A DNA stretch of 64,000 nt from an uncultured Eubacteriales bacterium (lineage in GTDB: Bacteria; Bacillota; Clostridia; Peptostreptococcales; Anaerovoracaceae), in assembly GCA_902773835.1 (NCBI GenBank), contig CACYFZ010000004.1, forward strand, positions 7,325 through 71,324, written 5' to 3'. Both the position numbers and the translations under genes were made by a program. This document shows, in pieces, positions 1-9,773 of this stretch (position 1 is the stretch's first letter; each line of letters starts with the position of its first letter). The notes below the pieces were generated by a model. That model worked only from the letters and a program-made list of their open reading frames with translations, was not told the origin of the DNA and made no database searches.

Positions 1-348
1 TCTTAAGTCTTCTTCGTAGTTGCATATAACCCTTACACCTGCGATATCCAGTATCTCACGGCGTATGGTATCCAGATTGTTGATAGGATCTTCGATTCCG
101 TATCTTTCGGCCTTTTCCATAATGCTTTCGAATGTCTTAAGACGTGACTGGACGTGATGTATAGGCATGTAAGAATGCTTTTTCTCGAAGTCGTCAGAAA
201 GGATTTTCAGTCTTGTCTCCAGCACTTTTATTGCTGAGTTGTACAAGAGACTGATATCGTCAATTGCTTCCTGTAATTCTTCATCAGTTCCCTTAAACCC
301 CGAGAATTGCTCTCTTATTTTATCTGCGTAATAGTATCTGAATGCCAT
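1..348 (-). CDS. RelA/SpoT-domain small alarmone synthetase (GTP pyrophosphokinase). N-terminal part only; the gene runs off the left edge.
   Basis: Not in the ORF track. My own minus-strand translation from the ATG at 348 gives MAFRYYYADKIREQF...HHVQSRLKTFESIMEKAERYGIEDP...DIAGVRVICNYEEDL. This resembles the RelQ/RelP-type synthetase core. Confidence 0.6.
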   Translation of the reverse strand, partial: MAFRYYYADKIREQFSGFKGTDEELQEAIDDISLLYNSAIKVLETRLKILSDDFEKKHSYMPIHHVQSRLKTFESIMEKAERYGIEDPINNLDTIRREILDIAGVRVICNYEEDLR

Positions 349-379
349 TATGCTTTACCTTTCATAATAATCAGTATGC

Positions 380-1162
380 TTATGCAAGTGCATGTTTATT
401 TGCTCTCTCCTGCCTTATGTTCACTATTATAAGGACTAAGAGGGCCACCACGAATATTATCGTTGAGAGGGCGAATAAGCTCGGCCTGATACCTATCTTA
501 ACCTCACTGTATATAAGTGTCGATATGGTATTTATGCCGGCGCCCCTTGTAAAGTATGTGATGATGAAGTCATCTACCGACATAGTGAAGCTGAGTAGAA
601 AGCCGGACGTGATTCCCGGCCAAAGCTCGGGAAGAACTATCTTTCTGAATGCGTATCTTTCCGATGCACCGAGGTCCAGGGCGGCTTCGAACAGCCTGTT
701 GGTATTCTTGTTTACTCTCGGCCTTACGGAGAGTATTACATACGGAATGCAGAACACCGTATGGCTGAAGAGAACCGTCATATAGCCTCTCGGAGCTCCT
801 ATCATTAGGAAGAACAGCATGAGGGCTATTCCCGTGACTATATCAGCGTTCAGCATCGGGACGTTGTTTATGCCCAGCAGCACGTTCTCGGTTCTCGGCT
901 TCAGCGCCGACATGCCGAGGACTGCCATCGTCCCGACGATGGTCGCGATCAAAGCCGCAAGGATCGCGATCGAGAACGTGTTCACTATCGCACCCATCAT
1001 CAGACGGCTCTGAAATAATTCCGCGTACCAGTGCAGGCTGAATCCCGTCCACACCGACATCGACTTGGCCTCATTAAATGATAACACGATAAGTGTCAGT
1101 ATCGGGAGATACAGGAACAGCATAATTATTAAAATATATATTCTGCCTATTGCTTTTTTCAT
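380..1162 (-). CDS. potC: Spermidine/putrescine ABC transporter permease
   Basis: 260 aa multi-TM protein with an ABC permease EAA-type loop (EAALDLGASERYAFRKIVLPEL). It directly follows potB. Confidence 0.8.
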   Translation of the reverse strand: MKKAIGRIYILIIMLFLYLPILTLIVLSFNEAKSMSVWTGFSLHWYAELFQSRLMMGAIVNTFSIAILAALIATIVGTMAVLGMSALKPRTENVLLGINNVPMLNADIVTGIALMLFFLMIGAPRGYMTVLFSHTVFCIPYVILSVRPRVNKNTNRLFEAALDLGASERYAFRKIVLPELWPGITSGFLLSFTMSVDDFIITYFTRGAGINTISTLIYSEVKIGIRPSLFALSTIIFVVALLVLIIVNIRQERANKHALA

Positions 1163-1987
1163 TTAAATCAGATTGGCTCCTCCCGTCTTGTCGAATTTCT
1201 GAAGAGCCAGCATGCTTACTATTATGAACAGCATCATTACCAGCGAGAGCCCGGAGCCGAGATACCAGTTGGAATTGATCGTAAACTCCTGCTCTATGAT
1301 ATTTCCGATAAGGTTTATCTTACCTCCGCCCAGCATATTCGAGATTACGAATGTGGTCAGAGCCGGTATGAATACCATTGTGATTCCGGATACTATGCCG
1401 GGTACCGAAAGCGGAAGTATTACTTTTGTATAAGTCGTAGTCCTGCTGGCACCGAGATCGTATGCAGCTTCAATAAGGCTGTTATCTATCTTGGATACCG
1501 TGTTGTAGATAGGAAGTATCATAAACGGCAGGAAATCGTATACCATACCCAGAACTATAGCGCCCGGAGTGTTCATCATTTCCTGAGGCGGTAGTCCGAC
1601 AGCGGTAATAATCGAATTAATTACGCCCTTTCTTTCAAGGAGAACCTGCCATGCCATCGTTCTCAGCAGGAAGTTCATCCACATAGGAAGAATAATTACG
1701 AAAATAAGAAAACCCTGCTTTCCGAATCTGCTCTCTCTGAGAATCATAGCCATCGGGAATGCCACTATGAGGCAAATCGCCGTACTTATGAATGCGAGAA
1801 GCAGCGAGAGGCCAAGGGCCTGCATATGGTCCGGTCTGAACATGGCCAGGATATTGCCTAAAGTAAAACCGCCTTCTCTGCTCGTAAAGCCGTAATAAGC
1901 AATAGAAGCGAGCGGAATCAAAGTTCCGGCTATTATCCAGATTACAAACGGTATTGTATATGTTTTCTTAGCAATTAAGTTTTTCAA
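1163..1987 (-). CDS. potB: Spermidine/putrescine ABC transporter permease
   Basis: 274 aa permease with the loop EAAYDLGASRTTTYTKVILPL. It abuts potA and potC with 0-2 nt gaps. Confidence 0.8.
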   Translation of the reverse strand: MKNLIAKKTYTIPFVIWIIAGTLIPLASIAYYGFTSREGGFTLGNILAMFRPDHMQALGLSLLLAFISTAICLIVAFPMAMILRESRFGKQGFLIFVIILPMWMNFLLRTMAWQVLLERKGVINSIITAVGLPPQEMMNTPGAIVLGMVYDFLPFMILPIYNTVSKIDNSLIEAAYDLGASRTTTYTKVILPLSVPGIVSGITMVFIPALTTFVISNMLGGGKINLIGNIIEQEFTINSNWYLGSGLSLVMMLFIIVSMLALQKFDKTGGANLI

Positions 1988-1989
1988 TT

Positions 1990-3075
1990 TTACAAGTCTA
2001 TTTCTATAGCGCTTTCAGCATCGCTCTTCGGTTTATGCATTATCTGAATGTTTTCGGGATCGACTTTCATACCTATCTTCTCCCCTACGTCATGTTGATC
2101 GTAGTTCTGAAGCAGCCATTCAACCTTACCGTCCTCGCTCTGCACCAGCATCTCGTAATGCACTCCGATAAAGAGCTTTGAAATGATGGTTCCGTTCCAT
2201 TGTCCCTTTCCGTAAGGAACGATATCAATATCTTCAGGTCTTATTACCACGTCAACTCTTCTGCGCGGCGGGAAACCTTCTTCCGTACCGTCAATACACG
2301 GATATTCCACTCCGTCAATCTTTACGACTCTTTCATCTACCATCTGACCCGGAACTATATTACTGTCTCCGATAAAGTCGGCTACGAAAGCATTTACGGG
2401 TTCATCGTAAATCTCCTGAGGCGATCCTTCCTGCTGGATGTATCCCTCGTTCATTACGACAACCTTATCTGACATGGTCAGCGCTTCTTCCTGGTCATGA
2501 GTGATGTATATGAAAGTGATTCCGAGCTCATTTTTAAGTCTTACAAGCTCGTATTCCATCTCCTGCCTGAGTTTAAGATCGAGTGCTCCGAGGGGCTCGT
2601 CCAGGAGGAGTACTCGCGGCTCATTTACTATGGCTCTGGCCATGGCAATTCTCTGCTGCTGACCGCCTGAAAGCTGATCTATCCTTCTGTTTTCAAAGCC
2701 TTTTAAGTTAACGAGTTTAAGAGCTTTCTTTACTCTGCTTCTAATCTCATCCTCACTCTTATTCTTCACTCTGAGACTGAAAGCTATATTCTCTCCCACA
2801 TTCATATGCGGAAAGAGAGCATAGTTTTGAAACACAGTGTTTACCGGCCTTTCGTTGGCAGGCATATTCGTAATATCCTTGCCGTCGAAGAAAACTCTTC
2901 CCTCGTCCGGTGTTTCAAAGCCGGCAATTATCCTGAGTGTAGTCGTTTTACCGCAGCCGGATGGTCCGAGAAGTGTAACAAATTGATTTTCTTCAACCGA
3001 AAGATCGATGCCGTTAAGCACCATCGTATCGTCAAATCTCTTAACTATTCCCTCAAGTCTTATAAGTTCGCTCAA
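1990..3075 (-). CDS. potA: Spermidine/putrescine ABC transporter ATP-binding protein
   Basis: 361 aa with Walker A GPSGCGKTT, signature LSGGQQQR and Walker B LLLDEP. It has a PotA-type C-terminal regulatory domain. Confidence 0.85.
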   Translation of the reverse strand: MSELIRLEGIVKRFDDTMVLNGIDLSVEENQFVTLLGPSGCGKTTTLRIIAGFETPDEGRVFFDGKDITNMPANERPVNTVFQNYALFPHMNVGENIAFSLRVKNKSEDEIRSRVKKALKLVNLKGFENRRIDQLSGGQQQRIAMARAIVNEPRVLLLDEPLGALDLKLRQEMEYELVRLKNELGITFIYITHDQEEALTMSDKVVVMNEGYIQQEGSPQEIYDEPVNAFVADFIGDSNIVPGQMVDERVVKIDGVEYPCIDGTEEGFPPRRRVDVVIRPEDIDIVPYGKGQWNGTIISKLFIGVHYEMLVQSEDGKVEWLLQNYDQHDVGEKIGMKVDPENIQIMHKPKSDAESAIEIDL

Positions 3076-3960
3076 TTATTCTGCCTCCAGCCCGAGACCG
3101 GCCAATACATCTAGTATGGACTCCATCTCGGTCCCTTCGTTAAATTCTATCTTTCCGTTATCCGCTTCAGTAGCCAGGATTGGATTAAGCGGAAGTTTTT
3201 CAAGAAGCTTAATGCCATTTGTTACGGCAACCGCTTCTGCCTGGCTCGGTCCGAAGATCTCATGTCTCGATCCGCAGTCAGGGCACTCATAGTAACTCAT
3301 GTTCTCCACCAGTCCGAGGACAGGAACATTCATGAGTTTGGCCATCTTAACAGCCTTGGTTACTATCATGGAAACGAGGTCCTGAGGTGATGTAACCACT
3401 ATAATTCCGTCTATAGGAAGCGACTGGAACACCGTAAGCGGAACATCTCCCGTTCCCGGCGGCATGTCTATAAACAGAACATCGAGGTCTCCCCATACCA
3501 CTTCAGTCCAAAACTGTTCTACAACACCTCCGATAACAGGCCCTCTCCAAACAACGGGATCTGTTTCATTCTCGGTCAGAAGGTTGATGGACATCAGTTT
3601 TATCTCCATCGGAGTTTCTTCCGGGAGTATGCCGAATTCGCATGCGTCAGCTTTCTTATGAACACCGAACATCTTCGGAATCGAAGGTCCCGTAATATCC
3701 GCATCCATTATTCCGGTCTTAAAACCGTGCCTTGAAGCAGCCAGTGCGGAAAGAGCAGTAACCATGGATTTTCCGACTCCGCCTTTACCGGATACAATAC
3801 CGATTACTTTCTTTACCGAGCTGTACTCATTCAGTTTTGCTTTTTGAATTCCCGCACCCTTTGACGGACATTCGGCTCCGCATGTGCTGCAGTCATGTGT
3901 GCAGTCCTCCGGAGCCGTAGTTTCTTGATTTACATTGTCTTTATATTCTTTATCTGCCAT
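3076..3960 (-). CDS. Mrp/ApbC/NBP35-family Fe-S cluster carrier ATPase
   Basis: 294 aa with the deviant Walker A GKGGVGKS, a CPDCG motif, and an N-terminal Cys-rich stretch CTHDCSTCGAECPSKG. Confidence 0.8.
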   Translation of the reverse strand: MADKEYKDNVNQETTAPEDCTHDCSTCGAECPSKGAGIQKAKLNEYSSVKKVIGIVSGKGGVGKSMVTALSALAASRHGFKTGIMDADITGPSIPKMFGVHKKADACEFGILPEETPMEIKLMSINLLTENETDPVVWRGPVIGGVVEQFWTEVVWGDLDVLFIDMPPGTGDVPLTVFQSLPIDGIIVVTSPQDLVSMIVTKAVKMAKLMNVPVLGLVENMSYYECPDCGSRHEIFGPSQAEAVAVTNGIKLLEKLPLNPILATEADNGKIEFNEGTEMESILDVLAGLGLEAE

Positions 3961-3977
3961 TTTTATCCTCCGATTGT

Positions 3978-4667
3978 TTAATTGTCTGCTTCAGATTCGT
4001 CCATCACGACATCATCTGTCATAAGACGTTTTACTTCATCCATCATTCCGCCCGAAAGAGCATTATTTAATCTGTCATTGGTCTTTATGTCCGTAGTCCA
4101 ATTGCCGTCACCCTTAGCATCGGTGCAGTTTATATCAACCTCCTCTACATAGTCCTTATTTGTTACCGAACCGAGTCTGAGCAGAAGGAATGAGTAAAAC
4201 TGGCTCTGCCAGCGATCACCTTCTTCTACTTCCATATACTCATTCCAGGCTCTGAGATACTCATTGGCAAAGTCATAAGTCGTTATCTTAACAGTAACTA
4301 TACAAGTATTATCTTCTTCACCTTTTCTGCTGTTTGTTATCTCATAATCGAATTCTTTTACCTTATCCAGGTATCCATCCAGCATGGCGCCGTCAAAATC
4401 ACCGGCAACGGATGTCAAAGACTTGAGGGTCTCATCCGAAGGCTCTGCAGTTTTTATAGCTTCCAGTTCTTCTGACACCTTAGACTCAGCTTCAGGGAAT
4501 GTTTCCGGCTTTTTGCTGCAACCCGTAAGTACCATAGCGGCAATTACTACGGCAGCTGCCAGCAGAAGTATATTAAATACCAGAAGAACATTGCGTACAA
4601 TGCGTTTCCTTTTGCTAGTTGACGATATATTTCTATTTGTTCTATTGCCCATAAGTGTATTTGTCAC
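3978..4667 (-). CDS. Hypothetical lipoprotein
   Basis: 229 aa with a basic N-terminus, a hydrophobic helix and the lipobox LTGC. The start overlaps the selB stop by 4 nt. I do not recognise a family. Confidence 0.55.
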   Translation of the reverse strand: MTNTLMGNRTNRNISSTSKRKRIVRNVLLVFNILLLAAAVVIAAMVLTGCSKKPETFPEAESKVSEELEAIKTAEPSDETLKSLTSVAGDFDGAMLDGYLDKVKEFDYEITNSRKGEEDNTCIVTVKITTYDFANEYLRAWNEYMEVEEGDRWQSQFYSFLLLRLGSVTNKDYVEEVDINCTDAKGDGNWTTDIKTNDRLNNALSGGMMDEVKRLMTDDVVMDESEADN

Positions 4668-6562
4668 CTTCTGACTACCTCCCTCGATGATCCGTCGAAT
4701 ATTGTTATACCTTGTCTGTCCATTGCTAAAAGCAATTCTTCAGCATATTTTCTGGATGTATCAAGCTTATCTCTGTACTCCGCCAGAGTAAATCCTCCGT
4801 CAAATGATTCCGCTGCATCAACGGCTTTTTTCCATGCCTCACTTGAGATATAGTACGACGGGTTCAGCTTGAGAATCACAGCTTCATCGCATAAATCCCC
4901 CTGAATAGCGCGTCCCGTCTTGGCATCACCTGCGACTTGGAGCACTTCTTCGTTTTTTATTATCTCTATGCCGGCAGATTTATACATTTCGGCAATTCTT
5001 TCTTTTAACTTCAGTTGCTCTTCGCTGTATTCGATTTTAAAACCCGTAAGAGCTATTGATTTGCCGAGGTCTTCAATGACACCGATTTCTATCATATAGG
5101 ACAAAACAGCCTGAATCAGTTTATCATCGTCTATATGCCAATTGGTTCTTATTTTGGAAAGAAGTTCCTGACGCGGGATTCCGTCAGCAAGTGGATTATC
5201 TGCATGATATGCATTTATAAATTGTATCAGTCTTTCTTTTACAAGCTCCGTTTTGGCATCATTGATCAAACTCTTGTCTGAGAGTCTGATAATCCTTCCC
5301 GCTCCCCTCTCAGCTTCGATGATTCCATCCATCTCGCTTTTAAGAAGTCCGAGTTCTTCCGCCAATGCATCCTGCCTCGGAAAGTTCGGCATACCTGTTT
5401 TAGCATAGACTATATCCTCTATGCTGCCGCTGTCCATTACTTCCATTCCCTTTATAACTTCGGATTTATTCCTCTTGTGTTTCAAAGGCATTGCATCAAT
5501 TATTCTGCCGCCCCCGACCGTGATTATAGGGGAATAGAATCTGATTATAAATCTGTCTCCTCGCCTTATTGATGCAGGCTCTTCCAGTCTCAGTTGAGCA
5601 TACGTTTCTTCTCCCGCGGATACTGCATCTCTGTCCAAGAGTATTACTTTACAAAGAACCTCATCTGAGCCCGTATACAGATGAACCCTACTGTTGTTAA
5701 GTACAGTACGATCTGCTGAATCGAATATTTTAAGCTTTACATCTATCATGCTCGTTACGACAACCGAGCCCGGATACGATATTACATCTCCTCTGTCTAT
5801 ATCTTCTTTGGACACTCCGGAAAGATTAATTGCCGTTCTCTGTCCGGCCAGCGCCGTTTCGGTTTCCTTTCCGTAAGTCTGCATACCCCTTACCTTTACC
5901 TTAGTTCCCTTCGGATTAACAAGGACATCCTGGCCGAGATTGACACTTCCGTCCATCAAAGTTCCCGTTACTACGGTGCCGAAACCCTGCATGGTAAATA
6001 CTCTGTCCACGGGAAGTCTGAACAATTCTTTTTCTTCACGCCTTTTATTATCTCTGTCGCATTTGGAAACGATCTCGGCTCTGAGCTCTTCAATTCCCTC
6101 TCCCGTTGCGGCACTTACCGGAATAAGAGGCTTTCCTTCAAGGAATGACCCTTTAAAGTAGTCCTGAACATCCTCAATGAGCATTTCAAGCCAGTCGGCT
6201 TCTACCATATCCGTTTTAGTGACGGCTATTATTCCGTCGTCGATTCCCATAGCGTTGAGTATTTCAAAGTGTTCCTTAGTCTGTGGCATAACGCCTTCGT
6301 CTGCAGCCACAACGAAGAGAACAAAATCTATGCCGCCTATACCCGCCAGCATATGTTTAATGAATTTCTCATGGCCGGGCACATCGACAACACCGATGTT
6401 GTATCCCTCATCGTTCGGTATATGTGCAAAGCCGAGTTCTATCGTAATGCCTCGCTTTTTTTCTTCAATCAGCCTGTCAGTATCGATTCCCGAAAGAGCT
6501 TTTATAAGCGTCGTCTTTCCGTGATCGACATGTCCGGCCGTTCCGATAATTATATTCTTCAT
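4664..6562 (-). CDS. selB: Selenocysteine-specific translation elongation factor
   Basis: 632 aa. It has the GTPase motifs AGHVDHGKTTL and DVPGH plus a long winged-helix-type C-terminal extension. It lies directly after selA. Confidence 0.9.
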   Translation of the reverse strand: MKNIIIGTAGHVDHGKTTLIKALSGIDTDRLIEEKKRGITIELGFAHIPNDEGYNIGVVDVPGHEKFIKHMLAGIGGIDFVLFVVAADEGVMPQTKEHFEILNAMGIDDGIIAVTKTDMVEADWLEMLIEDVQDYFKGSFLEGKPLIPVSAATGEGIEELRAEIVSKCDRDNKRREEKELFRLPVDRVFTMQGFGTVVTGTLMDGSVNLGQDVLVNPKGTKVKVRGMQTYGKETETALAGQRTAINLSGVSKEDIDRGDVISYPGSVVVTSMIDVKLKIFDSADRTVLNNSRVHLYTGSDEVLCKVILLDRDAVSAGEETYAQLRLEEPASIRRGDRFIIRFYSPIITVGGGRIIDAMPLKHKRNKSEVIKGMEVMDSGSIEDIVYAKTGMPNFPRQDALAEELGLLKSEMDGIIEAERGAGRIIRLSDKSLINDAKTELVKERLIQFINAYHADNPLADGIPRQELLSKIRTNWHIDDDKLIQAVLSYMIEIGVIEDLGKSIALTGFKIEYSEEQLKLKERIAEMYKSAGIEIIKNEEVLQVAGDAKTGRAIQGDLCDEAVILKLNPSYYISSEAWKKAVDAAESFDGGFTLAEYRDKLDTSRKYAEELLLAMDRQGITIFDGSSREVVRR

Positions 6563-8017
6563 CTATTTGAGAGCCTCGCAAATCATCTCAATCTCGTCAT
6601 CGTTTACGGTTCTGACGCACAGAAGTAGTCTGTCCTCGTTTATCCTTGCAATGACCGGGATTTCTGCCTTTCTGAGCTTTCTTTCCGTAGTATCAGCGGA
6701 TTTGCCGCCGTCCTGAACGGAAACTGCCACTCCCGGCAGACGGACCATAGGAGCCGCTCCTCCTCCTATTTGGTCTTCAACCTCCACTATCTCGCATACC
6801 ATATCGGCATTGGCAATTCTTATGGAATCGGATAGTTTTTCAGCCCTGGCTCTCATGACATCCTTTGATTCTGAGATCATTCTGAGAATCGGAATATCTC
6901 TCAGAGCCAAGCTCGGGTCCTTATATTTCTTAAGAGTCGCTTCTAAAGCTGCGAAGGTCATTTTATCCACTCTCATGGCTCTGGCCAGAGGATGCTGCTT
7001 CATAGCTTTTATATACTCTTTCTTTCCAACGATGATTCCCGCCTGCGGTCCTCCGAGCAGCTTATCTCCACTGAAAAGCATTACGTCCACACCCGCAGCA
7101 AGCGATGCCGGTACATTAGGTTCTCTGATTCCATACTCAGACATATCCATCATCAGTCCGTTACCCATGTCGTAGATAACGGGGATGTCATGTTTCTTGC
7201 CTATGGAAACCAGCTCTTCCAGGCTCGCCTCCTCGGTAAATCCGACAATATCATAATTCGATTTATGAACCTTCATAATGGCTCCGGTCTCGAATCTCGA
7301 CATACCGCGGTCAAGTTCTTCCCAATCTATATCCTCCGCCTCTTCTTTTGTGATGATGGCGGCTTCATAGTCCGATGCCTTTGTTTTGTTGCTGGTGCCT
7401 ACCTCGGTAAGATATGCTCCGGACTGCATCATTATGTCGGGTATCCTGAAAGAACCCCCGATTTCAACGAGTTCTCCTCTGGATACTATAACTTCCTTTC
7501 CTCTGCCGAGTGCAGCCAGAACTATCATTGTTGCGGCGGCATTATTGTTCACCACCATAGCGTCTTCCGCACCGGTAAGTTCTTTAATCAAATCATTCAC
7601 GAGGTCGTGTCTTGAGCCCCTCTTGCCTTGCTTCACATTATATTCAAGGCTTGAATATGAAGTGCTTACTTTCGCAACATTCTCAATCGCGTCGCGGCAA
7701 AGCGGTGCCCTTCCGAGATTTGTATGAAGTATGGTTCCGGTCGCATTGATAAGAGGAAAGAGCTTCATTTTTTCGTTTTCGGCAACCCGAAGCTCCGCGG
7801 CATCTGCCACGCTTGAGAGCTCCAAAGACTGAAGATCGTACAGATCTGCAGTTTCGTCGATAAGCTCCAGTATCTCCGCTCTCTTTGCAGCAATAACCTC
7901 ACGCACCGCATCGGTGACTATGAGGTCTCCCTTCTCTTCTGCCAACATAACAAGAGACTCCTGCCTCATTACATCGTCAATTTTGGGGAGCCTTCTCAGC
8001 AATTCCATCTTATCCAT
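6563..8017 (-). CDS. selA: L-seryl-tRNA(Sec) selenium transferase
   Basis: 484 aa. It has a SelA-like N-terminus (LRRLPKIDDV) and a PLP-fold core (FSGDKLLGGPQAG). It sits between tRNA-Sec and selB. Confidence 0.9.
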   Translation of the reverse strand: MDKMELLRRLPKIDDVMRQESLVMLAEEKGDLIVTDAVREVIAAKRAEILELIDETADLYDLQSLELSSVADAAELRVAENEKMKLFPLINATGTILHTNLGRAPLCRDAIENVAKVSTSYSSLEYNVKQGKRGSRHDLVNDLIKELTGAEDAMVVNNNAAATMIVLAALGRGKEVIVSRGELVEIGGSFRIPDIMMQSGAYLTEVGTSNKTKASDYEAAIITKEEAEDIDWEELDRGMSRFETGAIMKVHKSNYDIVGFTEEASLEELVSIGKKHDIPVIYDMGNGLMMDMSEYGIREPNVPASLAAGVDVMLFSGDKLLGGPQAGIIVGKKEYIKAMKQHPLARAMRVDKMTFAALEATLKKYKDPSLALRDIPILRMISESKDVMRARAEKLSDSIRIANADMVCEIVEVEDQIGGGAAPMVRLPGVAVSVQDGGKSADTTERKLRKAEIPVIARINEDRLLLCVRTVNDDEIEMICEALK

Positions 8018-8041
8018 ATAATGTCGACCTCCGTTTCAAAA

Positions 8042-8138
8042 TGGCGGGAGTACATGGGAATCGAACCCATCAAAGAGGCTTCTAACCCCTCGCAACGGTT
8101 TTGAAGACCGCGAGGCACACCAGCACCTATCTACCCCC
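8042..8138 (-). tRNA. selC: tRNA-Sec (anticodon UCA), copy 1
   Basis: The minus strand reads GGGGGTAGATAGGTGCTGGTGTGCCTCGCGGTCTTCAAAACCGTTGCGAGGGGTTAGAAGCCTCTTTGATGGGTTCGATTCCCATGTACTCCCGCCA. It has a CUUCAAA anticodon loop, a long variable arm, a GGTTCGATTCC T-loop and an encoded CCA. It ends 24 nt upstream of selA. Confidence 0.9.
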
Positions 8139-8172
8139 AGGTCAATTGCCCGTCAGGGCAAATGAATAACTA

Positions 8173-9063
8173 TTATTTAGAGCCTTCTACTTCGCGGCGT
8201 CCCTCAGTGAGTTCCTGTCCGCAAGGCTTGGTTGTTATAGTCTCTCCCGGCTTCAGAGAGTGAGTGAGCCATACGTTACCGCCCACTACGCAGTCGTCTC
8301 CGATAACCGTATCTCCTCCGAGTATAGTAGCTCCGGAGTAAATAACTACGTTATTTCCTATATCCGGATGTCTCTTTATACCCTTAACCGGAGTACCGTC
8401 TTCAGCGAGGTCGAAGCTCTTGGCTCCGAGCGTAACATGCTGATAAATCTTTACGTGATCTCCGATGGTAGTTGTCTCTCCGATCACCACTCCCGTGCCG
8501 TGGTCGATAAAGAAGTAGCTTCCTATCTTGGCTCCCGGGTGAATATCAATTCCGGTAATCTGATGTGCCTGCTCCGTCATCAGCCTCGGAATCATAGGCA
8601 CTCCGAGTTCATGAAGTCTGTGAGCAATCCTATACACAGCTATGGCATAGAATGACGGATAAGTGATAATAAACTCATCCGGGCTTGTGGCTGCAGGGTC
8701 TCCTTCGTAACCTGCCTGGATATCCGTCTTCAGAACCTCCAAGATATCCGGAAGCGAATCAATAAGGTCATACGTTATTTCCGTAGCTTCATCGGGAGTC
8801 TTTATTACAAGTTCCAATGTCTGCTCCAGGGCATCAAAAGCCCTCATAAGCTCATATGTCCTCTTTTCGGTCTCCACAAAGCGTGCTCTGGCCTTGCCGA
8901 AATGATAAGGAAACATTGATCTCATAAGATGATCCAACGCTTCCTCAACTTGTCCCTGCATTCCCAGGAGATGGCCGTCATTAGGCCTGGTATCTATTTC
9001 CGTCATTTTGGCAGCCAGTTTCTCGAGATGAGCAGCCTTGGCGCCCTTAGTCTGCATAGTCAC
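8173..9063 (-). CDS. cysE: Serine O-acetyltransferase
   Basis: 296 aa with the left-handed beta-helix hexapeptide region DIHPGAKIGSYFFIDHGTGVVIGETTTIGDHVKIYQHVTLG. Confidence 0.8.
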   Translation of the reverse strand: MTMQTKGAKAAHLEKLAAKMTEIDTRPNDGHLLGMQGQVEEALDHLMRSMFPYHFGKARARFVETEKRTYELMRAFDALEQTLELVIKTPDEATEITYDLIDSLPDILEVLKTDIQAGYEGDPAATSPDEFIITYPSFYAIAVYRIAHRLHELGVPMIPRLMTEQAHQITGIDIHPGAKIGSYFFIDHGTGVVIGETTTIGDHVKIYQHVTLGAKSFDLAEDGTPVKGIKRHPDIGNNVVIYSGATILGGDTVIGDDCVVGGNVWLTHSLKPGETITTKPCGQELTEGRREVEGSK

Positions 9064-9090
9064 TTAATAGTCCCTCCGTAGGTCCGTGCT

Positions 9091-9666
9091 TTAAAGACCT
9101 ATATCTTCTGCAATCGTCATCATGGATGCAAGAGCTATATCGATAAACTCATCCATGTCCATGCCCGTCTTCTCGATGAGACTCATATACTGCCTGTTGG
9201 CGCCTGCGGCGAACCTCGCTTCTTTGAGTCTCTTCTTTACCGATTTATGCTTAACGCTGGCAAGCTTCTTATCCGGATAGATCTGTGCAACCGCTTTGAT
9301 AAAACCGGACATAGGGTCTGCCGCGATAAGTGCGTACTCGAGCGTTGTCTCAGGATTCTTTCCGCATGCAGGGTTGTGAGACTTGATGGCATTTTCCATC
9401 ACCGGATCTCCGAAACCCTCATCCTGCAGAATCTTACAGGATACAGGTCCGTGAGTTGCGAAATCCTCTCTCCAAGGAGCAGTCTCCTCGTCGAGATCGT
9501 GAAGGAGTCCGCATATGCCCCAATACTCTACATCTTCCGGTGCCAGCTTCTCAGCCAGGCCTCTCATAATTACCTCAACCGCATAGCTGTGGTCGATGTA
9601 GTTCTGCCCTTTTACATATTTATGCAGCAGGTCGTTGGCCTGCTCTCTTGTAAGTTTAGCTTCCAC
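9091..9666 (-). CDS. HD-domain phosphohydrolase (COG2316-like)
   Basis: 191 aa with an H...HD metal motif (HSYAVE...LLHDLD). Confidence 0.6.
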   Translation of the reverse strand: MEAKLTREQANDLLHKYVKGQNYIDHSYAVEVIMRGLAEKLAPEDVEYWGICGLLHDLDEETAPWREDFATHGPVSCKILQDEGFGDPVMENAIKSHNPACGKNPETTLEYALIAADPMSGFIKAVAQIYPDKKLASVKHKSVKKRLKEARFAAGANRQYMSLIEKTGMDMDEFIDIALASMMTIAEDIGL

Positions 9667-9773
9667 TTTCAGTTCTCCTTAAAGACAATGTTTTTTGATA
9701 AAATGCTTCGCCGCTAATAATAACACATTCACGGGCTTTTTTTACGCTTTTAAACGATTATTATAGCTCTTTT

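Noticed and set aside
342-785. Many long antisense or alternative-frame ORFs inside well-supported genes. Examples are 342..785, 6992..7615, 9822..10454, 12980..13531, 23805..24428, 27812..28477, 50283..51029, 57973..58803 and 63045..63854.
   Set aside because: Each lies wholly within a gene on the other strand, or in another frame of a gene, that has clear family signatures. They have no RBS and show low-complexity or Cys/Arg/Ser-rich shadow composition.
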